Translations under genes and position numbers: made by a program
Source: a bacterium
GTDB lineage: Bacteria > UBA8248 > JACPRG01 > G963555815
Length of the DNA stretch: 64,000 nucleotides
Reading direction: 5' to 3'
Assembly (NCBI GenBank): GCA_965218795.1
Contig: OZ244653.1
Location: 512,001-576,000, forward strand
Part shown: positions 8,602-18,049 of the stretch, piece after piece
Layout of the letters: each line of letters begins with the position of its first letter
Position numbering within the stretch: the stretch's first letter is position 1
The notes under the pieces: model-generated
Databases searched by the model: none
Told to the model about the DNA's origin: nothing
Seen by the model: the letters and a program-made list of their open reading frames with translations, nothing else

Positions 8602-10562
8602 CAGTACCAGCGATCCGCGCGCGTCTGATCCATGCGGTTGTTCTTATTCCAGCTGCGAGGCGGATTCCCCTCTGCGTTCCGCCCGGAATCGAGCTCTCCC
8701 TCGGGTTCCAGTTCGAGCGCACCCTGGACGCTTGCCGCTGCGGCACGCCCTTCGGGCGGTGCGGGCGTCTCCTCCGCTGCTTGGCCGGGCTCCATCGCAT
8801 CGGCGTCGCCATCCCGGGTCGACCCTTCCTCCCTGGGCACGAAGCGTTCTGCGGCCTTGGGCCTCTTGACGTAGTCGAGCTCGATCCGGGCCACGGGCCA
8901 GGGTCCCGGGAACTTCAGATAGCCCTGCAGGTTCTCGAGCCGCATGATCTCCGACGGCAGGGCCAGGGAACGCATCTCACGGCGCTGGGTCAACGAGACC
9001 CCGTCGCGCATGGCGCTGGCCCCGTAGCTCATGCCGTGGGAATATTCCTCGACCTCGCCCCGTCCGAGGCTGTCGGCCGACCATTGCGCGGTCTCCCGGT
9101 CGGGCGCGGCCAGCACCACGCGGGTGCCGCAGAGCCCGGAGAGGGTCTCCGCCCCGTTCTTTCCGTAGAGGTCCCGCAGGGCCGAGAACACCTGGATGCC
9201 GAGCACGAAGCAGCCGCCGAACTGGCGGGATTCCGCAAGTCCCGGCTGGAGGCTCGGCACCTGGTGGAGGGTGGGCAGCTCGTCCAGGACCACCCAGACC
9301 CTGCGCGCGTCGTCCTGATGGAGCGAGAGGAGGGCGTTGACCGCGATCTCGATCCAGGTGGAGATGAGCCCCCGCAGGCTCGCGTGCTGGTCGCCCCTGG
9401 AGGTCAGGAACAGGAAGCCGCCCCCGTCCTCCCGGCCCACCCAGTCGCGGATCGAGAAGGGCTCGCCCGTATCGGGCAGGAACTCGAGCGCGCCCAGGTG
9501 CGCGGTGAGCATGGCGCGCACCGAGAGCGCGGTCTTGGGGTTGTCCGGGTCCACGATGGACTGGGCCACCGTGCCCTCCATGGCCTTGGCCAGCACCGTC
9601 AGATCGGTCTTGAGCAGGTGCTCGACCAGCACCCGGTTCTCGGTCACGCCCTTCTTCCAGAGCACGCCCGCGCCGTTTGCGAACAGCTGCCTCGCGGCGG
9701 TGACCCAGAAGGGGTCCACCGTGTCCTTCTGCTGGGGGATGAGGGCGGCGGCCATCATGTCGAAGTCCCGGGGGGATCTCGCCTCGAAGAAGGGGGACCA
9801 GCAGGGGGCTCTGGCGTCCAGGGGGTTCATGAGCACGTCACAAGAGGGATCGAAGAAGGAGCGGGTATAACTCCCCATCTTGTCGTAGAGGATGCAGCGT
9901 TCGCCCCGTCTTCGGAGCTGGGCGACCAGGTCCGAGATGAGCACGGTCTTGCCCGAGCCGGTGGTGCCGGAGACGATGGTGTGCTGGGTCTCGGCGCGCC
10001 TGGGCCAGGGGATCCCGGCGATGCGGCAGGAGGCCCGGCGCGCGGCGGGGACCAGGGCCTCGGCCAGGCGCACGGAGAGGGGTTGCACGCGCCTTCTCAA
10101 CTCCCGGGCCGTCGCCATTTCCGCGCCGCGGACCCGTTTGGCGCGGTCCAGGCGCCTTCCCAGGACCCGGAACAGGACCATGCAGAGGATTGCGCCGCCT
10201 AAGCCGATCCAGAGGCCGAGCCACGCCTTGGCATGGACGGTATGAATCAGGCGCCCTCGGATACGCTCGATCCTGGGGTCCGAGGCGATGTCCACGATCC
10301 TCGAAGTCGTCTTCCGGCCCTCCCGCCACTCGTACGCCTGGCGCGAATGGCGGGCATATCCGATGGCGAGCTTGACCTCGGCGAGGGTGCCCATGCCCAC
10401 GACGCGCCATTCATGGGCGGTCGTGGTGCGGAAGAGGGCCACGGCGGGGACCAGGACGATCGTCAGGACGATGCCGAAAAGCCCCCAGCGGACCAGCTGG
10501 CCCCACATGTGGACGTCGTGGACGAGGGTCTGGCCGCCCCTGAGCGTTGCGTTGCCGAACAT
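8601..10562 (-). CDS. traD: Type IV coupling protein, F-type
   Basis: Two N-terminal TM segments, GTTGSGKT, YDKMG, LDELPTL, ESRQFGGCFVLG; adjacent to relaxase. Confidence 0.95.
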   Translation of the reverse strand: MFGNATLRGGQTLVHDVHMWGQLVRWGLFGIVLTIVLVPAVALFRTTTAHEWRVVGMGTLAEVKLAIGYARHSRQAYEWREGRKTTSRIVDIASDPRIERIRGRLIHTVHAKAWLGLWIGLGGAILCMVLFRVLGRRLDRAKRVRGAEMATARELRRRVQPLSVRLAEALVPAARRASCRIAGIPWPRRAETQHTIVSGTTGSGKTVLISDLVAQLRRRGERCILYDKMGSYTRSFFDPSCDVLMNPLDARAPCWSPFFEARSPRDFDMMAAALIPQQKDTVDPFWVTAARQLFANGAGVLWKKGVTENRVLVEHLLKTDLTVLAKAMEGTVAQSIVDPDNPKTALSVRAMLTAHLGALEFLPDTGEPFSIRDWVGREDGGGFLFLTSRGDQHASLRGLISTWIEIAVNALLSLHQDDARRVWVVLDELPTLHQVPSLQPGLAESRQFGGCFVLGIQVFSALRDLYGKNGAETLSGLCGTRVVLAAPDRETAQWSADSLGRGEVEEYSHGMSYGASAMRDGVSLTQRREMRSLALPSEIMRLENLQGYLKFPGPWPVARIELDYVKRPKAAERFVPREEGSTRDGDADAMEPGQAAEETPAPPEGRAAAASVQGALELEPEGELDSGRNAEGNPPRSWNKNNRMDQTRADRWY

Positions 10563-10731
10563 GATGCAAGTCCTCCTTTATTTCAGAAGATAACGGCGGT
10601 CCCGACACCGCTCTGTTGCAATGGGCCGGGGAGAGGTGGAGGCGGGCCGGAGCCCGGGCGCGGGACACCGGGTCCGGAGAGGCCCGGTGGCGCCCGATAC
10701 GCTTTGAACCGCAACCTCGGAGGAACGGTCC

Positions 10732-11091
10732 ATGACCAACCTATCTAGCAGCTGGCGCACCCGGGCCTTCGTCCTCGGCGGGCTTGTGTTCGCTCTCGTT
10801 GCCACCGTCATTGCCGTGGCCGCCGGGACCGGTGTCCGCTTCCTGGGGGGCATCTGGTTCTGGGCGGTGATCTGGACCGTCCTTGCGGCCCTCGCGTGCG
10901 CCCTGTGGCGGGGGCTCCGTCATGGGGACTGGTCGGCCTTCGGCGGGTACGAGCTCCCGGAAGACTCCGGCGACCGGTTCGACTGGTCGACCAGGACCGG
11001 CCGCTACGCCTGGCTCCGCGATCTTGATGACCGGCGCCTGAACGATAACGAACATCTTCGTGGTCATGGCCCGAGCACCCGGTCCCCGTAG
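10732..11091 (+). CDS. Small inner-membrane protein convergent with traG; candidate entry-exclusion protein
   Basis: GGAGG RBS; two hydrophobic segments; overlaps the 3' end of traG on the opposite strand. Confidence 0.55.
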   Translation: MTNLSSSWRTRAFVLGGLVFALVATVIAVAAGTGVRFLGGIWFWAVIWTVLAALACALWRGLRHGDWSAFGGYELPEDSGDRFDWSTRTGRYAWLRDLDDRRLNDNEHLRGHGPSTRSP

Positions 11092-13976
11092 AAGGGACCG
11101 TCGCGTCCGCGGCCTTCCTTCTCCCCCTCCCCCGCGTCCGGCGCCGCGTTCCTGGCGGTGCCGTAGAGCTTGCCGGCGAGCCACTCGCCGATGAACGGCG
11201 CCTCTCTCGCGGCGTGTTCTCCAAAAGGCTTGGCGAGCTCGGCCTGTACGCCCACGCGGCCTTGCGCCATGCCCTCCTTCACGTCCTCGCTCCGCTCCTT
11301 TCGTCCCGCCTCCCGGACCCTCAGATCATGCTCGGTCCTGGCGCGCCCTGCCCGGTTCTCGACCTTGCCCGGCTCGGGGGCCCCGGCGCCGCGTCCCCGG
11401 TCTCTCACCGAGGCCGACCAGCCGCCCCAGGCCGCCTCGGTCTCTCTCGCGTGCGACTCCCGCAGCCCGTCTCGATTCCGCTCGTAATCCGCCAGCCCCG
11501 GGACCGAGGCCGGGTCAGGTCCCTCTGGCGTGGGGAAGCGCTCCGCGATGAAGGCCGCGGCGTGCGCGCGCAGCTCTTCGGCGTCCTCCGGGGTCTGGGG
11601 CGAGGCGAGGCGCATGGCGCCGGCCACGCCGATCTCGCGCCCGTCGGCGCCAGGCCGGGCGGTCAGCCAGGCGAAGAAGGGCTGGCCCAGCTCCCGGTCG
11701 ACGGCCTGGGATTGGCTTCGCACCTCGGCCGCCTGAGAGCTCCAGCTCTCGGCTTCCCGGTGGCTCAGCGTCTCCTGCTCGCCGAAGCGGCGCATCCGCG
11801 TCAGGTTGGCGCCAAGGCTCTCCTCCAGGCTCTTGAGCTCGCTCTCGCCCGAGGAAGCGGAGTAGCGTCTGGAGGCATCGGCGACCCGGGACCAGAGATC
11901 GAGCATCTGGTTCTGCTCGGCATAGTCGGTCATCCGGTTCCAGGCTTTCCGTTCGAAGGTCTGGCCCCGCCAGCTCGCCGAGCCGTCGGCCCCGAACTTC
12001 ACGATGAAGTCGAACCCCCCTCCCACCTTGGCCTCGCCCGTGAGAACGGCCGCCTCCTCCTTCGAGATCCCGCCCGCCTCGGAGAGGCGTTCCATGTGGC
12101 TCTCCAGGGCCTGGACCTGCGTGCTCTCGCTTTCCGTCACGCCCCTCGAATGGGCGAGGCCCGTGTGCACGTCCCGGGAGAACCGCTCGACCATGGCCGC
12201 CGAATCGGTCGCAACGGCCGTACGCGCCAAGCCGGCCTCGGCCGACCAGTGCCGGGCCTGCTCCCGGGCGGCGCCTGCCCGGCTCTCGTGGCTGACTGCA
12301 AGGGATTCGGAGAGTCTGACGCCCGCCGCCGGGATCCGGCTGGTGGCGGAGCCGGCGTCCGTCACCGCGGACCCGTCGCCGGTCACGGTGAAGGCCGCGC
12401 CCTCGGGCGCGAACCCGGTATAGCGGTCCGTATCGACGTGCATGGAGGTGCGGAGCTGGCGGCCCTCGAGCGTTGCGAAGCGGTGGACGTCGGCCTGGGT
12501 GCTGGCCAGGGAGATGTTGCCCGTCGTGCCCTCGTGGGCGGCCGAGGAGGCCGCGTCCTGGCCGACCGCGAGCACCGAGCTCGCGAGCATGGTCGCCTTG
12601 CCCACCCCGTAGGCCAGGGCCGCGGCCAGGAAGGGCACCGACATCGAGAGGTAGCCCGACATCACCGCCACGTCGGAGGCCACGGCCCGGATCCCGGCCT
12701 GGGCCACGAGCGACACGCCGATATCGCCGCCCGGCATCAGCGCGCCCGCGCTCATGCGTTCGGCGGCCTCGCCCATGGAGATGCGGTGGAGGATCGCGTA
12801 GAGCGGCCCCCAGCTCTGGATCCAGACGATCCCGGCGAAGTAGGACCGGAAGATCCCGTGGCCCGCGGGGGTGAGCATGAGCAGCGCGGCCATGGGGAAG
12901 GCGCCCACGTAGAGGCACTCGAAGACGATGCGCAGCATGGGGACCCAGGTCTCGGCCTGCCTTCCGATGGCCCGGTAGGCCGAGACGGTCTGGGCCTCGG
13001 CCCGGGCCTCGGTATAGGCCCTGAGGGCGGCGGCGTTCCCGGCCTCCGCGGCCCATTGCTCGCCCGCGCCGTGGAGGGCGTTGAGGACCATCTGCTGGCG
13101 CAGGATCTCGGCCGCGGTCCTGGAGGCGCCGATCAGGTAGTCGTGGGCCACGGGCAGCGCGGCCATGAGCTCGGCCCGGGCCAGGGCCTCGGTCGCCGCA
13201 CCGGGGAAGATCCTTTGTCCGAAGATGCCGGACGCCCTCGCGATCTCGGCCCCCCAGAGCGCGTCGAGCCGCGAGGCCGCGTCGGCGCAGGTGACGATCT
13301 CGCGATCGATGGGCGTGGCTCCCGTTCCGGACGGCGCCCCCCGGGTCGCGTATTCGACCATGCGCGCGGGCGAAGCCCCGGCCGAGGGCGTGCCCGTGGA
13401 CGTGACGAGCCGCCAGATATCCGTGCTCTCCCGCAGGTCGTCGGCCGAGACGTGGCCCAGGAGCAGGGCGTGGAACACGCATTGCCTCGCATAGGCCCGG
13501 AGGTTCCGCGCGAACACCGTGTCGGTCACCTCCATGCGGGTCGCGGCGGCCGCGAGCCTCGCGCCGAAGATCAGGCCGTGGCGGCGGTAGGTCAGGTCGT
13601 CCGGAAGGGAGAAGGCCTGTTCGGTCAGCCGTGTCAGGCCGTCACCCACCTGGCTCGTCAGGGAGGCGAAGAGGGCCAGGCCGAGCGGGACGTTGTCGAT
13701 GACCGCGGGCGCCAGCGCCGGGTCGAGTCGATCCACCACCCGGACGGTCGCCTTGGGCACGATCATCGCGCCCCAGACGGCGACGAAGAGGAGGATCCAC
13801 TTGGCGTTGTCCTTCCACGAGCCGCCGAAGGCGGTGCGGAACAGGGCCCAGGCGAGCCCGGCCACGCCCGCGATCCGGGCCAGCGTCACAAAAGCCCCGC
13901 CGCCGGTGATCGCGGCGACCGCGTTCAGGAGGTCGACCAGATAGGTCCCGCCGCCGAGCGTGAAGAGTTCGTACAT
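11064..13976 (-). CDS. traG: Mating-pair stabilisation protein TraG (F-type)
   Basis: MYELFTLGGG..LLNAVAA, DNVPLGLA, WIQSWGPLYAILH; position after traH. Confidence 0.92.
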   Translation of the reverse strand: MYELFTLGGGTYLVDLLNAVAAITGGGAFVTLARIAGVAGLAWALFRTAFGGSWKDNAKWILLFVAVWGAMIVPKATVRVVDRLDPALAPAVIDNVPLGLALFASLTSQVGDGLTRLTEQAFSLPDDLTYRRHGLIFGARLAAAATRMEVTDTVFARNLRAYARQCVFHALLLGHVSADDLRESTDIWRLVTSTGTPSAGASPARMVEYATRGAPSGTGATPIDREIVTCADAASRLDALWGAEIARASGIFGQRIFPGAATEALARAELMAALPVAHDYLIGASRTAAEILRQQMVLNALHGAGEQWAAEAGNAAALRAYTEARAEAQTVSAYRAIGRQAETWVPMLRIVFECLYVGAFPMAALLMLTPAGHGIFRSYFAGIVWIQSWGPLYAILHRISMGEAAERMSAGALMPGGDIGVSLVAQAGIRAVASDVAVMSGYLSMSVPFLAAALAYGVGKATMLASSVLAVGQDAASSAAHEGTTGNISLASTQADVHRFATLEGRQLRTSMHVDTDRYTGFAPEGAAFTVTGDGSAVTDAGSATSRIPAAGVRLSESLAVSHESRAGAAREQARHWSAEAGLARTAVATDSAAMVERFSRDVHTGLAHSRGVTESESTQVQALESHMERLSEAGGISKEEAAVLTGEAKVGGGFDFIVKFGADGSASWRGQTFERKAWNRMTDYAEQNQMLDLWSRVADASRRYSASSGESELKSLEESLGANLTRMRRFGEQETLSHREAESWSSQAAEVRSQSQAVDRELGQPFFAWLTARPGADGREIGVAGAMRLASPQTPEDAEELRAHAAAFIAERFPTPEGPDPASVPGLADYERNRDGLRESHARETEAAWGGWSASVRDRGRGAGAPEPGKVENRAGRARTEHDLRVREAGRKERSEDVKEGMAQGRVGVQAELAKPFGEHAAREAPFIGEWLAGKLYGTARNAAPDAGEGEKEGRGRDGPFYGDRVLGP

Positions 13977-13987
13977 GATCCTCGCCT

Positions 13988-15430
13988 CTACCGGGCCCCG
14001 CCGGCGCCCCGGGAGAAGGCGAGCGCCGCCCTGAGATCGGCCGAGAGCGCGCCCGCGAGCTCGGTCTCGATCAGCCTGAGCTTCTCGACCACGGAGAGGG
14101 CGGTGTTGAACCGGTCCAGCCCCTCGTGGCGGTGCCTGGCGAGAGCGGCCCGGTTTTGGCGCAGCCCCTCGCGCCAGCGCTCCAGCCGGTCGTGGTCGGC
14201 GATGTCGAGGGTGCCCGCGCGTTCCTCGATTGTCCGGTGCAGGTCCGAGATCCAGACCTGGAGCACGTCGAGGGCCACGGCCTCGGCCAGGGCGTCCACC
14301 TCCTGCTCCACCACCGCGCCGCGATAGGCGGCGGCGGTGTTGATGACCCGGTAGACCGGCAGGGTGGTGAGATTGACGAGCCCCAGGGCGTCGGCCGGGG
14401 GCGCCGTGTCGGCGCGCACCGCCTCGACCAGTTGCCGGAGCAGATCGGCGACCCGGTTCCGGAAGCCGCGCGCCGCCGGCACGGTGAGCCGTCCGAGGAC
14501 GGGGTTGAGGCAGTCGAGGGACGTGTCGCAGCGGTAGACCGGGAGGTCGCCGCCGCCCTCCATCAGGATCTCGGTCACCCGGCGGTCGAGCGCCAGCGGC
14601 TCCAGGATGCGTATTGCGGGACCGGAATTATCGCCGTCCGAGACCGGCGCGGTGACGATCGCGGTCCCCGAGATCGACATGGCGAACTCGCCGAGATCGC
14701 GGTCGGACGCCAGAAAGCCCGACGCCCTCACCGCCCGCCAGGCGTAGTTGACGTTGACCGGGGCCTGGTCCTTGAGCGGTCCCGAGGCGGCGGCCAGGGT
14801 CGAGTGGCGCTTGCCGTCCGCGCCGCAGCCGTGGCGCGCGGCCGCGTAGTCCGAGAAGATCCCCTGCCTCGTGCCGATGGCGGCGCAGATCGCCGCGCTC
14901 GCCCGGTCGTTCTGGGACCAGGCCGCCCCGACCAGGGCCTGGGCGGTCTCGCAGGAGTCGAGGTTTTGGTTGTTCACCCACTGGGCCAGGGCCCGGAGCT
15001 TGGACAGGGTCTCGGCGATCACGGGCGAGATGGTTTCGAGCGCGAGCTCGAAGGCGAAGCCCGCGGCGTTCTGGGCCACGGCGCGGCCGAAGGCGATCAG
15101 CTGGTCGGAATCGATGAAGGAGAAGGCGCCGGCGAACGCGTCGATGCCGCCGCAGCCGGCCCGGAAGGAGGGCAAGCCCACCGTGGCGATGGGCTCGGAG
15201 CGCACCGGCGCGCGCAGGTAGAGGTTGCCCAGGGTCCAGTGGCCCGAGGCCTGGCCGTCGAAGGCGGTCGGCCCGGTGGTGTTCACCGCCGCGCCCCTCC
15301 AGAAGCTCTCCATCTCCGAGAGCACGTCCGCTTGCGCGGAAGGGGCGAGGCAGACCGAGACGGCGACCCAGATGAGCACGAATGCGCGGGCAGCCATGGT
15401 TATGCCCGCAGTCCTTTGCCTAATAGTCAT
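13988..15430 (-). CDS. traH: F-type pilus assembly protein TraH
   Basis: Signal peptide; PSFRAGCGGIDAFAGAFSFI, SCETAQALV; ATG 15430 overlaps traF end. Confidence 0.92.
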   Translation of the reverse strand: MTIRQRTAGITMAARAFVLIWVAVSVCLAPSAQADVLSEMESFWRGAAVNTTGPTAFDGQASGHWTLGNLYLRAPVRSEPIATVGLPSFRAGCGGIDAFAGAFSFIDSDQLIAFGRAVAQNAAGFAFELALETISPVIAETLSKLRALAQWVNNQNLDSCETAQALVGAAWSQNDRASAAICAAIGTRQGIFSDYAAARHGCGADGKRHSTLAAASGPLKDQAPVNVNYAWRAVRASGFLASDRDLGEFAMSISGTAIVTAPVSDGDNSGPAIRILEPLALDRRVTEILMEGGGDLPVYRCDTSLDCLNPVLGRLTVPAARGFRNRVADLLRQLVEAVRADTAPPADALGLVNLTTLPVYRVINTAAAYRGAVVEQEVDALAEAVALDVLQVWISDLHRTIEERAGTLDIADHDRLERWREGLRQNRAALARHRHEGLDRFNTALSVVEKLRLIETELAGALSADLRAALAFSRGAGGAR

Positions 15431-16256
15431 GTCCGATCTCCCGTGCAATGAGGGCGAAGATGCGCTCGGCGAGCTGGTCCTCGGCCACAACGCCGAAGGA
15501 GACCGGCAGGGCCCGTCTGGTTCGCGTGTCGTAGAGGACGACGGCCGGGAAGGCCGCGGCCTTCAGGCCGAGCCGCGCGGCCCGGCCCTGGTCGGGGACC
15601 GCTTCGGGCCAGCCCTCGAGGGGCCCGCCGGTCATGGAGACCGCGAGCACGTCGAGGCCGTGACGGAGCGCGAAGGCGCGCAGAAGCGGACCGAACACGC
15701 GGCATCCCGGGCATTGCGCATGGCCGAGATAGATGAGGCCGTACCGCTCCCCGAGCCGGGCAAGGACGGCTTCGCGCTCGGCCCGGCGTTCGTCCGACCA
15801 GACCTGCTTGGCGAGCGCGCCCACCGGGCGCTTCAGCGTGTAGTCGAGATCGGGGCTCGCCCAGACCGTGCGGCGGAAGGCGTCCGAGAAGGAGGCGGCT
15901 TTTTGCAGGGTCTCCTGCTGGAGGCGCAGGTAGGCCGTGACGTTCTCCGCGTTCGGATCCAGGATGGCCCGGGCCCGGGCTTCCTCCAGGGCCCGGCGCA
16001 TCTCCAGGAGGCGCTCCATTGCAGTCTCGGGCCGCGACGACCGGGCAGGCGGCGGCGCCGTTGGCGTTGCCGGCGCGTCCTCTTCCGCGTCTTCCTCGTT
16101 CCGGTCGCAATAGAAGTGCCAGCCGAGCGAGGGCCCGGCATCAGGCGCGCCGCACCAAGGCCGCCATTCCCGCGCATCCGCAGGACGGGTCGCGAGGATG
16201 GCGAGGAGGCAGGCGAGCGCGAGGGCGTACGGGATGGTCACGGTCGCCCCCCTCAC
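15420..16256 (-). CDS. traF: Thioredoxin-like conjugal transfer protein TraF
   Basis: GWHFYCD, ARAILDPNAENVTAYL, CPGC motif; between traN and traH. Confidence 0.9.
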   Translation of the reverse strand: MRGATVTIPYALALACLLAILATRPADAREWRPWCGAPDAGPSLGWHFYCDRNEEDAEEDAPATPTAPPPARSSRPETAMERLLEMRRALEEARARAILDPNAENVTAYLRLQQETLQKAASFSDAFRRTVWASPDLDYTLKRPVGALAKQVWSDERRAEREAVLARLGERYGLIYLGHAQCPGCRVFGPLLRAFALRHGLDVLAVSMTGGPLEGWPEAVPDQGRAARLGLKAAAFPAVVLYDTRTRRALPVSFGVVAEDQLAERIFALIAREIGHDY

Positions 16257-17329
16257 TTGCTTTTCGTATAGAAGCCGCGGATGCGTTCGCGCATCACCGC
16301 GCCGGTTCGGCCGGCTTCCGGAAGCTCGATCGAGGGCTCATGCGACCCGTCGAGCAGGTTCTCGGTGAACTCGGAGAGGTCCACGGCCTCGAAGTCGATG
16401 CGCTCCATCTCCGCGACCGTGAAGCCGCGGCAGCTGCCCCAGCCGATCCCGAGCTGGCTGCGCACGCCTTCCTGCAGGATGCGCCCGAGCTTCGAGCCGA
16501 ACACGCACCAGGAGCGTTTCCAGCGGATGCACACGCCGAAGATCCGCTTGGCGCATCGCTTGCCCAGGTAATGCGTGTTCCCGGCATGGCGCTCCTCGGC
16601 CAGAAGGCGCTCTCCCTCGGTGCAGCCGGCCAGGCCGATGAGCGCGCCCGAGTTCCTGCAGCAATCGGCGAGCCCGCCCCACTGGATCCGGCAGGACCGG
16701 CGATCTCCTCGGAAGAACCGGAGATGGTCACAGTCGAATTCCTCTCCGCCCAGCTCGATGGCCATGTTGAGCCGGGCCGCCGAAACGACGAACCCGGTAT
16801 TGGCCCGGGACGCCGCGGTTCCGCACTCGGCGCCCACGCACCAGGAGACCGAGCCGCAATGGCCTCCGGCCTCGGCGCGCTCGAGCCCCGCCTTGCAGTC
16901 ATTCACCGATCCGGACGCGATCCCGTCCGCGCCCCAGAGGGGGGAATCGACGTCGCCTTCGATCCCGTCCCCGCGCTTCACCATCGGATCGTCCGTCCCG
17001 ACCGGCGCGTCCGGGCGCTTGACCGTACCCTCGATCACCGCGCGGCCGGCCTGGCCCCCGGGATCGGCGGGATCGTTTATCACCCGGTTCGCGGCGTCCC
17101 CCAGATCGCCCGGACCCAGGCTCCTCTCGGGCAGGTTCGTTCCAGCGTAGCCCGGCACATGGGCGGCGGAATCCGCATCCTTCGCGATGGCGCCCGCCGC
17201 GGCCTGTCCCGCCTGTCCGATCGCGCGGGCCGCCGCCGCCGGGTCTTCGCCCTGGGCTTTACCGGCAATCAAGTGTGTCAGGACCAGCAGGGCCAAGATG
17301 ATGGCCTTCATTCCGTTTTTTCGGTTCAT
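16253..17329 (-). CDS. traN: Short mating-pair stabilisation protein TraN (~358 aa)
   Basis: ATGA overlap with trbC; signal peptide; Cys-rich C-terminus DCC..GC..YLGKRC..CVFGSKLGRILQE..CRGFT..IDF. Confidence 0.85.
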   Translation of the reverse strand: MNRKNGMKAIILALLVLTHLIAGKAQGEDPAAAARAIGQAGQAAAGAIAKDADSAAHVPGYAGTNLPERSLGPGDLGDAANRVINDPADPGGQAGRAVIEGTVKRPDAPVGTDDPMVKRGDGIEGDVDSPLWGADGIASGSVNDCKAGLERAEAGGHCGSVSWCVGAECGTAASRANTGFVVSAARLNMAIELGGEEFDCDHLRFFRGDRRSCRIQWGGLADCCRNSGALIGLAGCTEGERLLAEERHAGNTHYLGKRCAKRIFGVCIRWKRSWCVFGSKLGRILQEGVRSQLGIGWGSCRGFTVAEMERIDFEAVDLSEFTENLLDGSHEPSIELPEAGRTGAVMRERIRGFYTKSK

Positions 17330-18039
17330 GGCCGGTCTCCTATCAGGCTTGCGAGATGGCGGCGCGCGGCCGCGCGGCCCGGTCCGCCCTCGGAGGCGAT
17401 GGCCTCGAGCGCCGCTTCCAGGCCGATGTTTCCTGATATGCGGTCGTGGGGCGGCGCAGGATCCGTTGCGCAGCCCCGGCTCTTGCAAGGCGGAACTCCG
17501 CCAGGGACCACGGCCACGGCCGGGATCGCCTCGATGTCGAAGATCCGGAACAGCCGGGGATCGATCGTGGCGCCGGACTTTCGGTCCAGGTACGGGCCGA
17601 TGCGCTTCACCGTGGCCTGCAACCCGTCCGGGCCGATCCCGCGCAACACCAGCGGCGCTCCGATCCGCGCGGCCTCGCGGCTCCACTGCCGCCAGCTCGC
17701 CGCGGGCGCCGACAGGCTCATGAACACGATGACCTCGGCGCTGTGTGGACGTGTTGAAAGGCCGCCGGCGACCCGGCCGGCATGGCCCTCGGCCGGGAGC
17801 GGGCCGGAGGCCCCGGGGGCCTGCTTGCCCGCGCGTTCCAGCGCGCGCTCGATCACCGAGCGCGACCAGGCGTCCAGGTCCCCGCCACGGGCTTTTGCCG
17901 GTTTCCGCAGGACCTGATCGACCATATCGCGCGCCAAGTCCCTGGCTTTTCCCTGGGCCCGGGCCGGGCCGCACCAGGCCGCCAGGACGAGGGCGCAGGC
18001 GAGGGCTGAGATGGTCTTGCGAATCGGGTTATCGTTCAT
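17326..18039 (-). CDS. trbC: F-type pilin assembly protein TrbC
   Basis: VFMSLSAP, LVLRGI, IDPRLFRIFDIEAIPA, DRISGNIGL. Confidence 0.88.
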   Translation of the reverse strand: MNDNPIRKTISALACALVLAAWCGPARAQGKARDLARDMVDQVLRKPAKARGGDLDAWSRSVIERALERAGKQAPGASGPLPAEGHAGRVAGGLSTRPHSAEVIVFMSLSAPAASWRQWSREAARIGAPLVLRGIGPDGLQATVKRIGPYLDRKSGATIDPRLFRIFDIEAIPAVAVVPGGVPPCKSRGCATDPAPPHDRISGNIGLEAALEAIASEGGPGRAAARRHLASLIGDRP

Positions 18040-18049
18040 GTCGACCTCC

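Noticed and set aside
11214-14327. 1037 aa plus-strand ORF and similar long ORFs (6607-8361, 8592-10202, 16019-17917)
   Set aside because: Antisense shadows of well-supported tra genes
16253-17974. 573 aa version of TraN in the ORF track
   Set aside because: The extension overlaps trbC out of frame; the signal peptide and ATGA coupling place the start at 17329
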